Part shown: piece by piece, positions 9,603 to 19,674 of the stretch | Position numbering within the stretch: the first letter of the stretch is position 1 | How the letters are laid out: every line of letters starts with the position of its first letter | Translations under genes and position numbers: made by a program | Source: Thermodesulfobacteriota bacterium | GTDB lineage: Bacteria > Desulfobacterota > Binatia > Bin18 | NCBI GenBank assembly: GCA_964291405.2 | Contig: OZ219926.1 | Location: forward strand, 1,920,001-1,984,000 | Direction of reading: 5' to 3' | Length of the DNA: 64,000 bases | The notes under the pieces: generated by a model | Seen by the model: the letters and a program-made list of their open reading frames with translations, nothing else | Told to the model about the DNA's origin: nothing | The model's database searches: none

Positions 9603-10763
9603 ATGCCAGCGACTGCAGAACGTACACCAGAGGCACAGCGCATTTTTCAACAGGCCGTGGAAACCACGCTCCGGGAGAACGGTGAGATCGGGATGCAGGT
9701 CGCCGTGTATCTCGATGGCGAGCAAGTCGTAGATGTCTGGGGAGGCATTGCCGACGAGACCACTGGACGGGCAGTCGATGGGGATACGCTCTTCCCCTCC
9801 TTCTCCGTCATCAAGGCGACCACGGCCACCGCGCTCCATCTCCAGGCCGAACGTGGCTTGATTGAGTATGATGCGCCTATTGCGCACTACTGGCCCGAGT
9901 TCGCGGCGCACGGCAAGGACACCGCAACCGTCCGGGATGCGCTGAGCCACCGCCTGGGAATTCCGTATATGCCCGAGGGTGTCACACCGGAACTCATGAG
10001 TAATTATGACTGGATGGTCGAGCAACTGGCAAATATGAAGCCTATCTTTACGGGTGGCACTCAGAATGCCTATATGTGCTACACTTTCGGCTGGGTCATT
10101 GCCGAGTGCGTGCGCCGGACCGATCCCAAACACCGGCCCTACAGCACTTTCGTACAGGAAGAAATATGTGCGCCCCTTGATATTACGGATCTCTGGATCG
10201 GGATTCCTGAAGAAGCCGAACCACGCGTGGCGCGGCTGAAGAACGCGCCTCCACTGCCATTACCGGCAGATGCTCCGATCTTGCGTGCCATGCCGCCTCA
10301 GGTCGGAGCGACTGAGGAGGTCTTCGGCCGTTCCGATATGCGACGCGGCTGCATTCCGGGTGCACACGGCATTATGAACGCCCGCAGCTCGGCCCGGCTG
10401 TTTGCCATGCTGGCCAATGGTGGAAAACTGAACGGCGTTCGCTTACTGTCCGAAGAGCGGGTGAAGACATTTAGCACTCCGCGTCCTGATACGGATCAGC
10501 CGGACTCCGTGCTGGGTATGGCGATCCGCATGGGTACCGCCGGGCTGTGGGTCGGTGGAGTAAAAGATCCCAAATACCCGTTCCGCCTGGCCGGTTTGAA
10601 TCCACGTACGGTGTTCCATCCGGGCGCCGGCGGAGCGATTGCGTGGGCCGACCCGGACGCACGCCTGGCGGTTGCGATCTGTCACAATCGCATGGTCCAT
10701 AATCCCACGGTGACCTTCAAGCCCGTTCAGACTGCGGTCGAGCAGGTCTTTGGGGTCGTGTAA
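9603..10763 (+). CDS. Serine hydrolase, beta-lactamase family (esterase-like)
   Basis: FSVIK (SxxK), YWPEF, LSHRLG, HPGAGG..AWADP. Confidence 0.9.
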   Translation: MPATAERTPEAQRIFQQAVETTLRENGEIGMQVAVYLDGEQVVDVWGGIADETTGRAVDGDTLFPSFSVIKATTATALHLQAERGLIEYDAPIAHYWPEFAAHGKDTATVRDALSHRLGIPYMPEGVTPELMSNYDWMVEQLANMKPIFTGGTQNAYMCYTFGWVIAECVRRTDPKHRPYSTFVQEEICAPLDITDLWIGIPEEAEPRVARLKNAPPLPLPADAPILRAMPPQVGATEEVFGRSDMRRGCIPGAHGIMNARSSARLFAMLANGGKLNGVRLLSEERVKTFSTPRPDTDQPDSVLGMAIRMGTAGLWVGGVKDPKYPFRLAGLNPRTVFHPGAGGAIAWADPDARLAVAICHNRMVHNPTVTFKPVQTAVEQVFGVV

Positions 10764-10773
10764 GGAGAACGGG

Positions 10774-11268
10774 ATGACGCTGCCTGATTCTGCAATCGTA
10801 CTTCAGCGGGGAGAGGGCGACTCTGTCGCCATTGGGACCGGCACCCGGTGTACATTTAAGGTGAGGGGAAAAGACACCGAGGGTCATTTCGGCCTGTTCG
10901 AGTATATAATGGAACCTGGGACTGAGGGACCGCGCCGCCATATTCACCGTCAGATGGCGGAAATATTCTACGTTGTCGAGGGTGCAATCGAACTCCTCGT
11001 CGGGGACGAGAAGATGACGGCCCAGGCTGGAACGACCGCCCTCGTCCCCAAGGAAGCGATACACGCCTTTTCCAACCCAGGCGCACAGCGCTCCGTATTG
11101 TTGATCATGTTTTGCCCGGCCGACTCACGCGAGAAATACTTCGAGGGCCTGGCCGAACTCACCAAAGGCGGAAAACCGCCGGACCAACGCGCCCTCCTTG
11201 AGTTAATGCGCAAGTATGACACGGAGCCAGTGGCGGAACCGCTCTATGGAGAAGTAGAGACGCGGTAG
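10774..11268 (+). CDS. Cupin domain protein
   Basis: HIH....EIFYVVEG and HAFSN cupin motifs. Confidence 0.85.
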   Translation: MTLPDSAIVLQRGEGDSVAIGTGTRCTFKVRGKDTEGHFGLFEYIMEPGTEGPRRHIHRQMAEIFYVVEGAIELLVGDEKMTAQAGTTALVPKEAIHAFSNPGAQRSVLLIMFCPADSREKYFEGLAELTKGGKPPDQRALLELMRKYDTEPVAEPLYGEVETR

Positions 11269-11318
11269 ACGAGAGAACACGCCTTGAGCGCTCCCCCACG
11301 CTGGGCTAACGTGTCGGC

Positions 11319-12938
11319 ATGAACGCCCAACAGGAATACCCGCCGCAAGAGACGCTCACCTTCGATAATCGCTTTACGCGGGAACTGCCTGCCGACCCTG
11401 AAACCGGCAACACTCGGCGTCAGGTCACGCGGGCGTGTTATTCCCGTGTCCAGCCGACACAAGTCGCTCAGCCCCAGTTGGTTGCCTATGCCTGGGAAGT
11501 GGCCGAGGAATTGGGCTTTTCTCGCGCGTTTTGTGAGTCGGACGATTTCCCCCACATCTTCTCTGGGAACCGGGTGCTGGACGGCATGGACCCCTACGCG
11601 ATGTGTTATGGTGGCCATCAGTTCGGCAACTGGGCCGGGCAACTCGGGGACGGCCGGGCCATTAATCTGGGCGAACTCATCGGTCCGACCGGAAAACACT
11701 GGGTGGTCCAACTCAAGGGGGCTGGCCTGACGCCCTATTCGCGCAGCGCGGATGGACTGGCCGTCCTGCGCTCGTCCATCCGTGAGTTCTTATGCAGCGA
11801 AGCCATGTACCACCTCGGTGTCCCGACCACCCGCGCGCTCAGCCTGGTCTCGACGGGTGAACACGTCATCCGCGATATGTTTTATGATGGTAACCCCAAA
11901 CCCGAGCCGGGAGCCGTGGTGTGTCGGGTCGCGCCGTCTTTTGTGCGCTTTGGGAATTTTCAGATCTTTGCCGCCCGCGGAGAAATCGACGTCTTACAAC
12001 AGTTGGTGGACTACACCATCCGCACCGACTTTCCTCACCTGGGCGAGCCGTCCCGGGCGACCTATCTGGCCTGGTTCGAGGAAGTCTGCCGGACAACCGC
12101 CCAGATGATCGTACACTGGCTGCGGGTCGGCTTTGTCCACGGGGTGATGAACACGGATAATATGTCCATCCTGGGGTTGACGATTGACTACGGCCCGTAC
12201 GGCTGGCTGGAAAACTATGACCCCAACTGGACGCCCAATACTACCGATGCCGCGAGTCATCGCTATGCCTTTGGCAAACAACCCCAGATCGCCCATTGGA
12301 ACCTGGTCCAGCTTGCCAACGCCCTCCACCCCCTGATTGAGCAGACGGAACCGCTGGTAGAGGCGCTGAACAGCTATGGGCAGGAATTTGAGTCGTTCTG
12401 GCAATCCACGATGGCCCACAAATTGGGCCTTCAAGCCTTCAAGCCCGACCTGGACGATGGCCTGATCACCGGTCTGCTGAAAATCTTGCAACTGGCCGAG
12501 ACGGACATGACCATCTTCTATCGACGGCTGGCAAGCCTTGATCTCGACACTCAACCTGGAGACCGGATCGACGACGCCACCTTGATAGAGCCGCTACTGG
12601 ACGCCTACTACGTCCCGGAACAGCTAACCCCGGAGACAACGGCCCGTATCGCTGCCTGGCTGCGCCGCTATCACGACCGGGTGAGCGAAGACGGGACGGA
12701 TAACGAGACACGTCGGAAACGGATGAATACGGTCAACCCGAAATATGTGCTGCGCAACTATCTCGCCCAGCTCGCTATCGACAAGGCTGAGCAGGGCGAC
12801 CCCTCCATGGTGCACGACTTGCTGGAACTCCTCCGCCACCCCTATGATGAACAGCCGGACAAAGAAGCCTACGCCCAAAAACGGCCCGACTGGGCCCGCC
12901 AGCGTCCCGGCTGTTCCATGCTGTCGTGCAGTTCGTGA
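11319..12938 (+). CDS. selO: Protein adenylyltransferase SelO (YdiU)
   Basis: YGGHQFG..GQLGDGR, QLKGAG.TPYSR, HGVMNTDN, IDYGPYG, C-terminal SCSS. Confidence 0.95.
   Translation: MNAQQEYPPQETLTFDNRFTRELPADPETGNTRRQVTRACYSRVQPTQVAQPQLVAYAWEVAEELGFSRAFCESDDFPHIFSGNRVLDGMDPYAMCYGGHQFGNWAGQLGDGRAINLGELIGPTGKHWVVQLKGAGLTPYSRSADGLAVLRSSIREFLCSEAMYHLGVPTTRALSLVSTGEHVIRDMFYDGNPKPEPGAVVCRVAPSFVRFGNFQIFAARGEIDVLQQLVDYTIRTDFPHLGEPSRATYLAWFEEVCRTTAQMIVHWLRVGFVHGVMNTDNMSILGLTIDYGPYGWLENYDPNWTPNTTDAASHRYAFGKQPQIAHWNLVQLANALHPLIEQTEPLVEALNSYGQEFESFWQSTMAHKLGLQAFKPDLDDGLITGLLKILQLAETDMTIFYRRLASLDLDTQPGDRIDDATLIEPLLDAYYVPEQLTPETTARIAAWLRRYHDRVSEDGTDNETRRKRMNTVNPKYVLRNYLAQLAIDKAEQGDPSMVHDLLELLRHPYDEQPDKEAYAQKRPDWARQRPGCSMLSCSS
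12909..12938 (+). repeat. Direct repeat copy A (last 30 nt of selO)
   Basis: GGCTGTTCCATGCTGTCGTGCAGTTCGTGA, 29/30 identical to 13671-13700. Confidence 0.9.
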
Positions 12939-13050
12939 GCTTCGGCTAAATCCGAACAACGCATCGTAAACCATTTGGAAACGATTGATAGACAACAGGG
13001 ATATAAAACGCAGAAACACAACACGTTCACCATTGAGCGAAAGCAGCGGT

Positions 13051-13380
13051 ATGTCCCTTCCAAACGCGGAGCGTGCTGTAGTGGATATTCGTAAACTCCG
13101 TAACTACTGCTTGAGTCCCTTACACGACGAGGGGAAGCATAAAGCGCGGTTGTTTGCTGCTCTGAGCCTCAATGCTAACGACGCCGAGGCATTACGCGGC
13201 ATCTTACTCCAGGTAGTCAAAACCCACGAAGCGCGGTTAGGACGCCGCGACGCGTATGGACAACGGTATATTGTAGATTTCTTTCTTGTGTGGCGTGGCA
13301 AACGAGCCTTGGTCCGAAGTGGGTGGATTATCGAGCATGGGAGAGATATCCCTAGGCTCGCGACGTGCTATCCTCTCTGA
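13051..13380 (+). CDS. DUF6883-like protein (putative toxin)
   Basis: LPNAERAVVDIRKLRNYCL...H..GKHKARLF; W......PRL.TCY. Confidence 0.7.
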   Translation: MSLPNAERAVVDIRKLRNYCLSPLHDEGKHKARLFAALSLNANDAEALRGILLQVVKTHEARLGRRDAYGQRYIVDFFLVWRGKRALVRSGWIIEHGRDIPRLATCYPL

Positions 13381-13396
13381 GAAAAAGAGGTGGACG

Positions 13397-13642
13397 ATGA
13401 CAATCCCAATAAAACTGTTAGACGTAGTGGCCCTCACGGTTGACTTGCCTGACTATCAGCTGTGGCGTGGGCAGGTTGGGACGGTCGTAGAAATTCTGGC
13501 GGATGGCGAAGCGTTTGAAGTCGAATTTTGTGACCGAGAGGGCCGGACATACGAGTCGGTGGGTCTCCGACCGGATCAGATCATGGTGTTGCACTATGAG
13601 CCTTGGGTATCTCAACCGCCATCTGCTCCGGAGACTGCCTAG
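13397..13642 (+). CDS. DUF4926 domain protein (putative antitoxin/immunity protein)
   Basis: LLDVVAL..DLP...L.RGQVGTVVE....FEVEF. Confidence 0.8.
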   Translation: MTIPIKLLDVVALTVDLPDYQLWRGQVGTVVEILADGEAFEVEFCDREGRTYESVGLRPDQIMVLHYEPWVSQPPSAPETA

Positions 13643-13670
13643 AAGCTTGAATATACTCCCGGACTGCCTT

Positions 13671-13700
13671 GGCTGTTCCATGCTGTCGTGCGGTTCGTGA
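13671..13700 (+). repeat. Direct repeat copy B (orphan selO 3' end, GCSMLSCGS*)
   Basis: 29/30 match to the selO terminus including the TGA. Confidence 0.9.
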
Positions 13701-13721
13701 TGATGCGTCAGGAGGGAGAGA

Positions 13722-14131
13722 ATGGCACAACTGACCATGCTTCCGGCTGAGAGCCCAGGCGCACAGTGGATTACGGACGCGATAGAGGAATTAGAACACA
13801 TAGACGGCGAGGTGGCAGAGGATGCCCTGCCGGAAATTCATGCGGATACCAGGAAACATGCTCGGCGAATGATTCTCGTGCCGCTTCCAAAAACCAGCCT
13901 ATCGCCCCGACCGTCTACCCCACGACGGACGGTGAGATCGCTCTGTATTTTAAGTCACCGAGCGCGGCGTCTTCCGTTCTGATCCTGGTAGGAAACGATA
14001 GGCAGGCTGCGTGTTTCTCGTACATCAACGGAAAAAATCGGCGCGCCCGGTACAACAATGTGGCTGACCTCCCGGACGCATTTGTGAAGGCGCAGGTACG
14101 GGCGCTTCAGGAAGCAGCGTTTGGAGAATAA
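13722..14131 (+). pseudogene. Hypothetical gene with an apparent frameshift near 13875
   Basis: RBS GGAGGGAG and a protein-like N-terminus in one frame; the protein-like C-terminus (PTVYPTTDGEIALYF...) is in another frame. Confidence 0.5.
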
Positions 14132-14199
14132 TACGTGAACATACGACTTCTGGATTTGTAGGAATCCAAGATCAGGAGATCGTTTAGAAGGAGAGAATC

Positions 14200-15096
14200 A
14201 TGGCACATCTGACAACCCTCCCGGCAACGGCAGACACCGCGGATATCCTCCCGATCATTGAAAAGGACGGGGCGGTTATCCTGAAGGATATGCTCCTCCC
14301 TGCCGAGGTCGATCGGGTGCTGAGCGAAACCGGACCGTATATCGAAGCCACGCGCAACGGCCAGGACCCGTTCGTCGGTCTCCGGACGACACGCACGGGC
14401 GCGCTGGTGGCCCGCTCGCCGGCGTGTCGAGATCTGGTGACCAATCGGTCGGTGCTCGGAGCCGCCCAGACCTTTCTGGCTCCCTACTGCTCACGCATTC
14501 AACTCCATCTCGGCCAGATTATTCGCATCCGACCCGGCCAGCCCAAGCAGGCAATCCACCGTGACCGCTGGGCCTGGGGAACCTATCTGAAAGACATCGA
14601 GCCCCAGTTCAACACCATGTGGGCGCTGACCGATTTTACCCGTGAAAACGGAGCCACGCGGGTTATTCCGGGCAGTCCGGACTGGCCGGATGGACGCCGG
14701 GCGGATAAGGACGAAATTGCCCAGGCCGAGATGACGCGCGGCTCGGTGCTGCTGTATACCGGCTCGGTCTTGCACGCCGCAGGCGCGAATGACTCGGCCG
14801 ACGACCGGATCGGCCTGAATATCACCTACTCGCTGGCTTGGCTGCGCCAGGAGGAAAACCAGTACCTGTCCTGTCCACCCGAGATTGCAAAAACCTTATC
14901 AACCGAATTGCAGGATCTGCTCGGCTATACGCTGGGGAGTTACGCCCTGGGCTATTACACGCCACCACTGCCACCGGGAGAAGGCCCCGAGTCCATCGGG
15001 CCGCAATACGCCCTGGGCCGAGAGCAAGACGGAGAAGGCCTGGGCAGTGCGGAACTGCGCCGGGAAATCCAAACCGCAACCTATAGTAAGATCTGA
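14200..15096 (+). CDS. Phytanoyl-CoA dioxygenase (PhyH) family Fe(II)/2OG oxygenase
   Basis: HRD, WALTDFTRENGAT..PGS, LHAAGAN, WLRQEENQYL. Confidence 0.9.
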   Translation: MAHLTTLPATADTADILPIIEKDGAVILKDMLLPAEVDRVLSETGPYIEATRNGQDPFVGLRTTRTGALVARSPACRDLVTNRSVLGAAQTFLAPYCSRIQLHLGQIIRIRPGQPKQAIHRDRWAWGTYLKDIEPQFNTMWALTDFTRENGATRVIPGSPDWPDGRRADKDEIAQAEMTRGSVLLYTGSVLHAAGANDSADDRIGLNITYSLAWLRQEENQYLSCPPEIAKTLSTELQDLLGYTLGSYALGYYTPPLPPGEGPESIGPQYALGREQDGEGLGSAELRREIQTATYSKI

Positions 15097-15160
15097 TTGA
15101 TTTGCCAGTTACAGCAAACGAATCCTTTTATACTGGCTTATCAACCTTGAGGAGCGACGC

Positions 15161-16114
15161 ATGATCAATCGCAACTTTGAAATGATTCAAACAAACGGAG
15201 TCAGGCTACGCACCGTTGTAGAGGGCGACGGACCGCTGGTGATTCTGCTCCACGGCTGGCCGCAGTGCTGGTACCTGTGGCGACACCAGATTGACCCGCT
15301 CGTGGCCGCGGGCTATCGCGTCGCCGTGCCCGACCAACGCGGCTATGGCGGCAGTGAGTGTCCGCCCAACGTCTCGGATTATAATATTCGCACGCTGGCC
15401 GCCGATGTGGCCGGTATCGCCCCGGCCCTGGGCTATGATGAATTCACCCTCATCGGTCATGACTGGGGCTGTGTGGTGGCCTGGAATACCGCCCTGCTCC
15501 ACGAGGAAAGCTGTACCGCCGTGATGGGCCTGTCCGTTCCCTTTTGGCGCATGACGGACGCCGCGGTGAATCCGCCGGGCATGGACGACCAGTTCTGGTA
15601 TATGCGCTACTTTCAGGAAGAAGGCCGGGTTGAAGCCGAGCTTGAAAAAGACCTGGAACGCAGCCTGCGCATCCTGTACTACGGGCTGTGCGCCGACGCG
15701 CCGGCGCAGAGTTGGATGAAGCAACTGGAGCACCCCAGGTCGAGCGGTCTGCTGGACGCGCTGCCCGAGCCGGAGCAGTTGCCAAGCTGGCTCACCCAGG
15801 AAGACCTTGACTATTACGTCGAGCAGTACCGGACGAGCGGTTTCCGAGGACCGGTAAACTGGTACCGCAACATCCCGACGAATAATGGCATTACACCCGA
15901 GCTCGAAGGCAAGAAATTCTCTCAGCCCGCGGCCTTTGTGGCCGGGGCGGCAGACGATGTCCTGCTCTACGATCCCAACTGGCGCGCCACGTTTCCGGAC
16001 GCGTTTGAAGACCTGCGCTTTCTCGAAATCATTGACGGCGCCGGTCATTGGGTGCAGGCGGAAAAGCCGCAGGAAACAACCGAGTGCATCCTGCGCTTTT
16101 TACGCGGCCTGTAA
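15161..16114 (+). CDS. Epoxide hydrolase (alpha/beta hydrolase)
   Basis: HGWP, PDQRGYG, GHDWG, NWYRN, GHWVQAE. Confidence 0.92.
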   Translation: MINRNFEMIQTNGVRLRTVVEGDGPLVILLHGWPQCWYLWRHQIDPLVAAGYRVAVPDQRGYGGSECPPNVSDYNIRTLAADVAGIAPALGYDEFTLIGHDWGCVVAWNTALLHEESCTAVMGLSVPFWRMTDAAVNPPGMDDQFWYMRYFQEEGRVEAELEKDLERSLRILYYGLCADAPAQSWMKQLEHPRSSGLLDALPEPEQLPSWLTQEDLDYYVEQYRTSGFRGPVNWYRNIPTNNGITPELEGKKFSQPAAFVAGAADDVLLYDPNWRATFPDAFEDLRFLEIIDGAGHWVQAEKPQETTECILRFLRGL

Positions 16115-16146
16115 AACGGAGCGCCTGCGGCGCGGTCTCCGTCAGT

Positions 16147-16761
16147 CTACTTGCCCACCGCCTTGGCCCGCTCAAGCGAGGGCCGGGCATAACACGCCTC
16201 TGCCCAGCGCTGCACGTTGGTGTAGGCCGAAGAATCGAATTTTACCATCGATAGCAGCATCATCACCCCGGATACGTTGAGATCGGCGATGCTAAAGGCA
16301 TCACCAACCAGCCAGTCTTTATTGGCCAAGGTGTCGTCAAGCACCTTCAGGGGTCGGGCCAGCGTTTTCTCGGCGGCAGCGAGAACCGCCGCACTCCGCT
16401 TTTCCTCGGGCGTAAAAAACTTTTGGACCACGATGTCCATCTGGGGTGGCTCGATCTCGGTCATGACCCACACACTCCATTGCCAGACCAGGGCTTCATT
16501 GGCAGGATTGCTAGGGTAGAGATCGCCACCGTAGGTTTTGGCCAAATAGAGATTGATCGCCATGGACTCAAACAGGGTCACATCGCCATCTTGCAAGGCG
16601 GGAATACGACCGTTGGGATTCACCGCCAGATACTCCGGCGTTTTCGACTCGTCCATGAAGTTGACCGAGACGTGCTCATACTCAACGCCCACTTCCTCAA
16701 TCGCCCAGAGCGAACGTATCGCCCGCGAGCCAGGAATCCCGTACAGCTTAGGTTTTGCCAT
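16147..16761 (-). CDS. Glutathione S-transferase family protein
   Basis: NPNGRIPAL, LFESMAI, FSIADL. Confidence 0.92.
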   Translation of the reverse strand: MAKPKLYGIPGSRAIRSLWAIEEVGVEYEHVSVNFMDESKTPEYLAVNPNGRIPALQDGDVTLFESMAINLYLAKTYGGDLYPSNPANEALVWQWSVWVMTEIEPPQMDIVVQKFFTPEEKRSAAVLAAAEKTLARPLKVLDDTLANKDWLVGDAFSIADLNVSGVMMLLSMVKFDSSAYTNVQRWAEACYARPSLERAKAVGK

Positions 16762-16902
16762 GTTTGCGTTCCTTTCCGTTGCTTTTTACCGAGACGTATC
16801 ATTTTATCCGGTCAACGTCTGCCCGGTGGCACGCCCATACGCGGACCTACGACAGCGACTCGATAATCTGGTATATCGATATGTCAGTAAAGGAGACGCC
16901 CG

Positions 16903-17484
16903 ATGAGTCAGATCCGAGATGAAGTCCTCGCAGCCAACGCCGCCTACGCCAAGGATTTTGGCAAGAAAGCCGAATTACCAGCCCCGCCCGGCAGACGTTT
17001 TGCCATTCTGACCTGTATGGATGCCCGGCTCGATCCGGCAAAATACGCCGGCCTGGCGGAGGGCGACGCGCATGTGATCCGCAACGCGGGGGGACGGGCG
17101 AGTGACGACGCCATCCGCTCCTTCGTGATCTCGTATAAACTCCTGGGAACGCGGGAGTGGTTCGTCATTCATCATACGCAGTGTGGTATGGCGACCTTCA
17201 CCGATGAGGTGATGCGCAGTCTCCTCGCCAGCAGCCTCCAGACCGCAACGATGGGCGCTTCGGGCTGGCAGGATTCCGGTCAGGGCCCCGGTTCGACAGA
17301 GGGGAGCTATATCGATTGGCTGACGATCTCCGGTAGCACAAAAAGTCTGGTCGAAGATGTCACGCGCATCCGCAATCACCCCTTGGTTCCCGGCGACATT
17401 CCCATTTACGGCTATATCTACGACGTCAAAACGGGCAGGCTTGAAGAGGCGCCTGAGGCAACGGAAGCAGGGACAGTGCGGTAA
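16903..17484 (+). CDS. Beta-class carbonic anhydrase (clade D, COS hydrolase-like)
   Basis: TCMDARL, RNAGG, HHTQCG zinc ligands. Confidence 0.92.
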   Translation: MSQIRDEVLAANAAYAKDFGKKAELPAPPGRRFAILTCMDARLDPAKYAGLAEGDAHVIRNAGGRASDDAIRSFVISYKLLGTREWFVIHHTQCGMATFTDEVMRSLLASSLQTATMGASGWQDSGQGPGSTEGSYIDWLTISGSTKSLVEDVTRIRNHPLVPGDIPIYGYIYDVKTGRLEEAPEATEAGTVR

Positions 17485-19662
17485 ATGGACGATCCCAAGA
17501 ACACAAAGGCCAGTACCGGCTACTGTGAACCCCTCTCACTCCGCGCCGGGGAAACAATCCGCTGTATGGCCTCCAGCCACACGCCCGGTCCTGCCCGACT
17601 CGATCTCGTCCGTATTATCTGTGGCGACCCAACCCGGAGCGGACCCGGCTTCAAAGAAATAGAAGTCCCGAGCAATCTGCCCACCGAGGTCACACTTACT
17701 GAGCAGGGTTTACAGCCCGGCTCTTACGGCGAAGTCGACTTGTCGGGTTTCTCGGTCACACGACAGACGAAATTTAAGATTCACCTCTTTGCGACGCGAC
17801 CAGACCAAGATCAGACCCTGTTTTCTGTCATCGGTGAATCTGGACCGCTGCTGGTGCTGACACTGGCGAAGAGGCGTCTTGTGACTCGTATTGGGGAAAC
17901 CGAGTTGACCCTGCGCGAGCAACCACTCCAGGCCAAGCGCTGGTACCAGGTCGAAATCGCCGCAGACCTGAAGGACGGCACTGTCACGGGAACACTCACC
18001 CCGCAGCCAAGTCGTTCACCTGGCCAAGACGTCTTTGAGCGATTCGAGCCTCATACCGTAAGCACCGTCATGAGCGCAGAACCAACGGGGTCGCCCCAAT
18101 GCTGTTTGTTCGCGGCTTCATCCGAGGGTGCTCACTTCGACGGTCGCCTTGCCAGACCCGTACTGACACTTGATGCGACGACCCTGGAATGGGACTTCTC
18201 CAAAGACATGGGAGGGAGGCAGATCGTTGACGTCAGTGGCAATGAACGCCACGGTCTCCTCCACCAGCTTCCCGCGCGAGCGGTCACGGGTCCCGATTGG
18301 GACGGCAGCCATCACGCCTGGACCGCTATGCCCTCGCATTATGACGCCATTCATTTTCATAGTGACGATATATATGACGCCGCCTGGCCGGTCACAGCAG
18401 AACTGACTGTACCGGCCGATCTTGCCAGCGGCATCTATGCCTTCCGCCTCCGAACCGCTCATGGCCAGGATCGGATACCGTTTTTCGTTCGTCCCGCCCA
18501 GCATGCGCCAACGGCCGATGTCGCCCTGCTCATGTCCTCATTCACCTATATGGCCTACGCGAATCATCGGATGCTGTTCGAAGGCGCAGACTTTATCGCC
18601 ACGCGATCCCGACTGCGGCCTGAGCATGAATACCTGCGCCACCATCCCGAAGTTGGTCGATCTACATACGAGAAACACACGGATGGCAGTGGCGTCATGT
18701 TCAGTTCTCGACGCCGCCCGGTTCTCCAACTCCGGCCTGGGGCGGACGGTTGGAATTTCACCCCGGATACGGATATTAACGCCTTCCTCGACCATCTCCA
18801 GGTTGGTCACGATATCCTCGCTGACGAAGATGTCCATGCCGAAGGGATTGACGCGCTGACTCCGTACCGGGTCATTGTGACCGGGACTCATCCGGAGTAT
18901 TGGTCAACCCGGACGCTCGACACTCTTGAAGAATGGCTGCGGCGTGGCGGGCGGTTGATGTATCTCGGAGGCAACGGATTTTATTGGCGGGTCGCGCTGA
19001 GCGACGCCTGGCCTGGGGCAGTCGAATTACGGCGGGCTGAGGATGGCGTGCGTAACTGGCAAACCGAACCAGGAGAGTCTTACCACGCCTTTACGGGTGA
19101 GTACGGCGGCTTGTGGCGGCGTTTAGGCCGGGCGCCGAATACCCTCGTAGGGGTGGGATTTGCCGCTCAGGGATTTAAACGGGCCATCGGCTATAGGCGG
19201 AGTCCAGAGAGCTATACCTCTCGTGCCGCGTGGATCTTTGAAGGTGTGACGGATGAAGAGATTGGTACCTCAGGGCTCGGCGGCGGTGCTGCCGGTCAGG
19301 AGGTTGACCGCTATAGCCAAACGCTCGGTTCCCCCGTCCACGCCGTTATCCTTGCTTCCGCAACCGAGTTTGGGCCTGACATGACCCGGACCAAAGAAGA
19401 GCTACAGGCCTCGACCATCGTGCCCTCCCCCGATCCGGTCGTCCGGGCAGATTTGGTGTTTTTTGAAACACCGGCCGGCGGGGCCGTGTTTTCAGTTGGT
19501 TCGATTTCATGGTTTGGCGCGCTTGCTCGCGACGGCTATGACAACGATATCGCTCAGATCACTGCCAATGTAGTGCACCGCTTTGCCGATCCGACCCCCT
19601 TCGCTCTACCGGAATCCGGGCCGTCTGAGCAGAGAGAAGCTCCTGAGTCGTTGCCCCAATAA
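17485..19662 (+). CDS. N,N-dimethylformamidase large-subunit-like protein
   Basis: RIICGD...GPG, AIHFHSDD, TYMAYANH, HPEYWS, YLGGNGFYW, GGAVFSVGSI. Confidence 0.85.
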   Translation: MDDPKNTKASTGYCEPLSLRAGETIRCMASSHTPGPARLDLVRIICGDPTRSGPGFKEIEVPSNLPTEVTLTEQGLQPGSYGEVDLSGFSVTRQTKFKIHLFATRPDQDQTLFSVIGESGPLLVLTLAKRRLVTRIGETELTLREQPLQAKRWYQVEIAADLKDGTVTGTLTPQPSRSPGQDVFERFEPHTVSTVMSAEPTGSPQCCLFAASSEGAHFDGRLARPVLTLDATTLEWDFSKDMGGRQIVDVSGNERHGLLHQLPARAVTGPDWDGSHHAWTAMPSHYDAIHFHSDDIYDAAWPVTAELTVPADLASGIYAFRLRTAHGQDRIPFFVRPAQHAPTADVALLMSSFTYMAYANHRMLFEGADFIATRSRLRPEHEYLRHHPEVGRSTYEKHTDGSGVMFSSRRRPVLQLRPGADGWNFTPDTDINAFLDHLQVGHDILADEDVHAEGIDALTPYRVIVTGTHPEYWSTRTLDTLEEWLRRGGRLMYLGGNGFYWRVALSDAWPGAVELRRAEDGVRNWQTEPGESYHAFTGEYGGLWRRLGRAPNTLVGVGFAAQGFKRAIGYRRSPESYTSRAAWIFEGVTDEEIGTSGLGGGAAGQEVDRYSQTLGSPVHAVILASATEFGPDMTRTKEELQASTIVPSPDPVVRADLVFFETPAGGAVFSVGSISWFGALARDGYDNDIAQITANVVHRFADPTPFALPESGPSEQREAPESLPQ

Positions 19663-19674
19663 AGGAGGAAGCAG

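Noticed and set aside
12936-12938. selO TGA as selenocysteine
   Set aside because: The SCSS* ending is the normal bacterial YdiU terminus, and no clear SECIS follows
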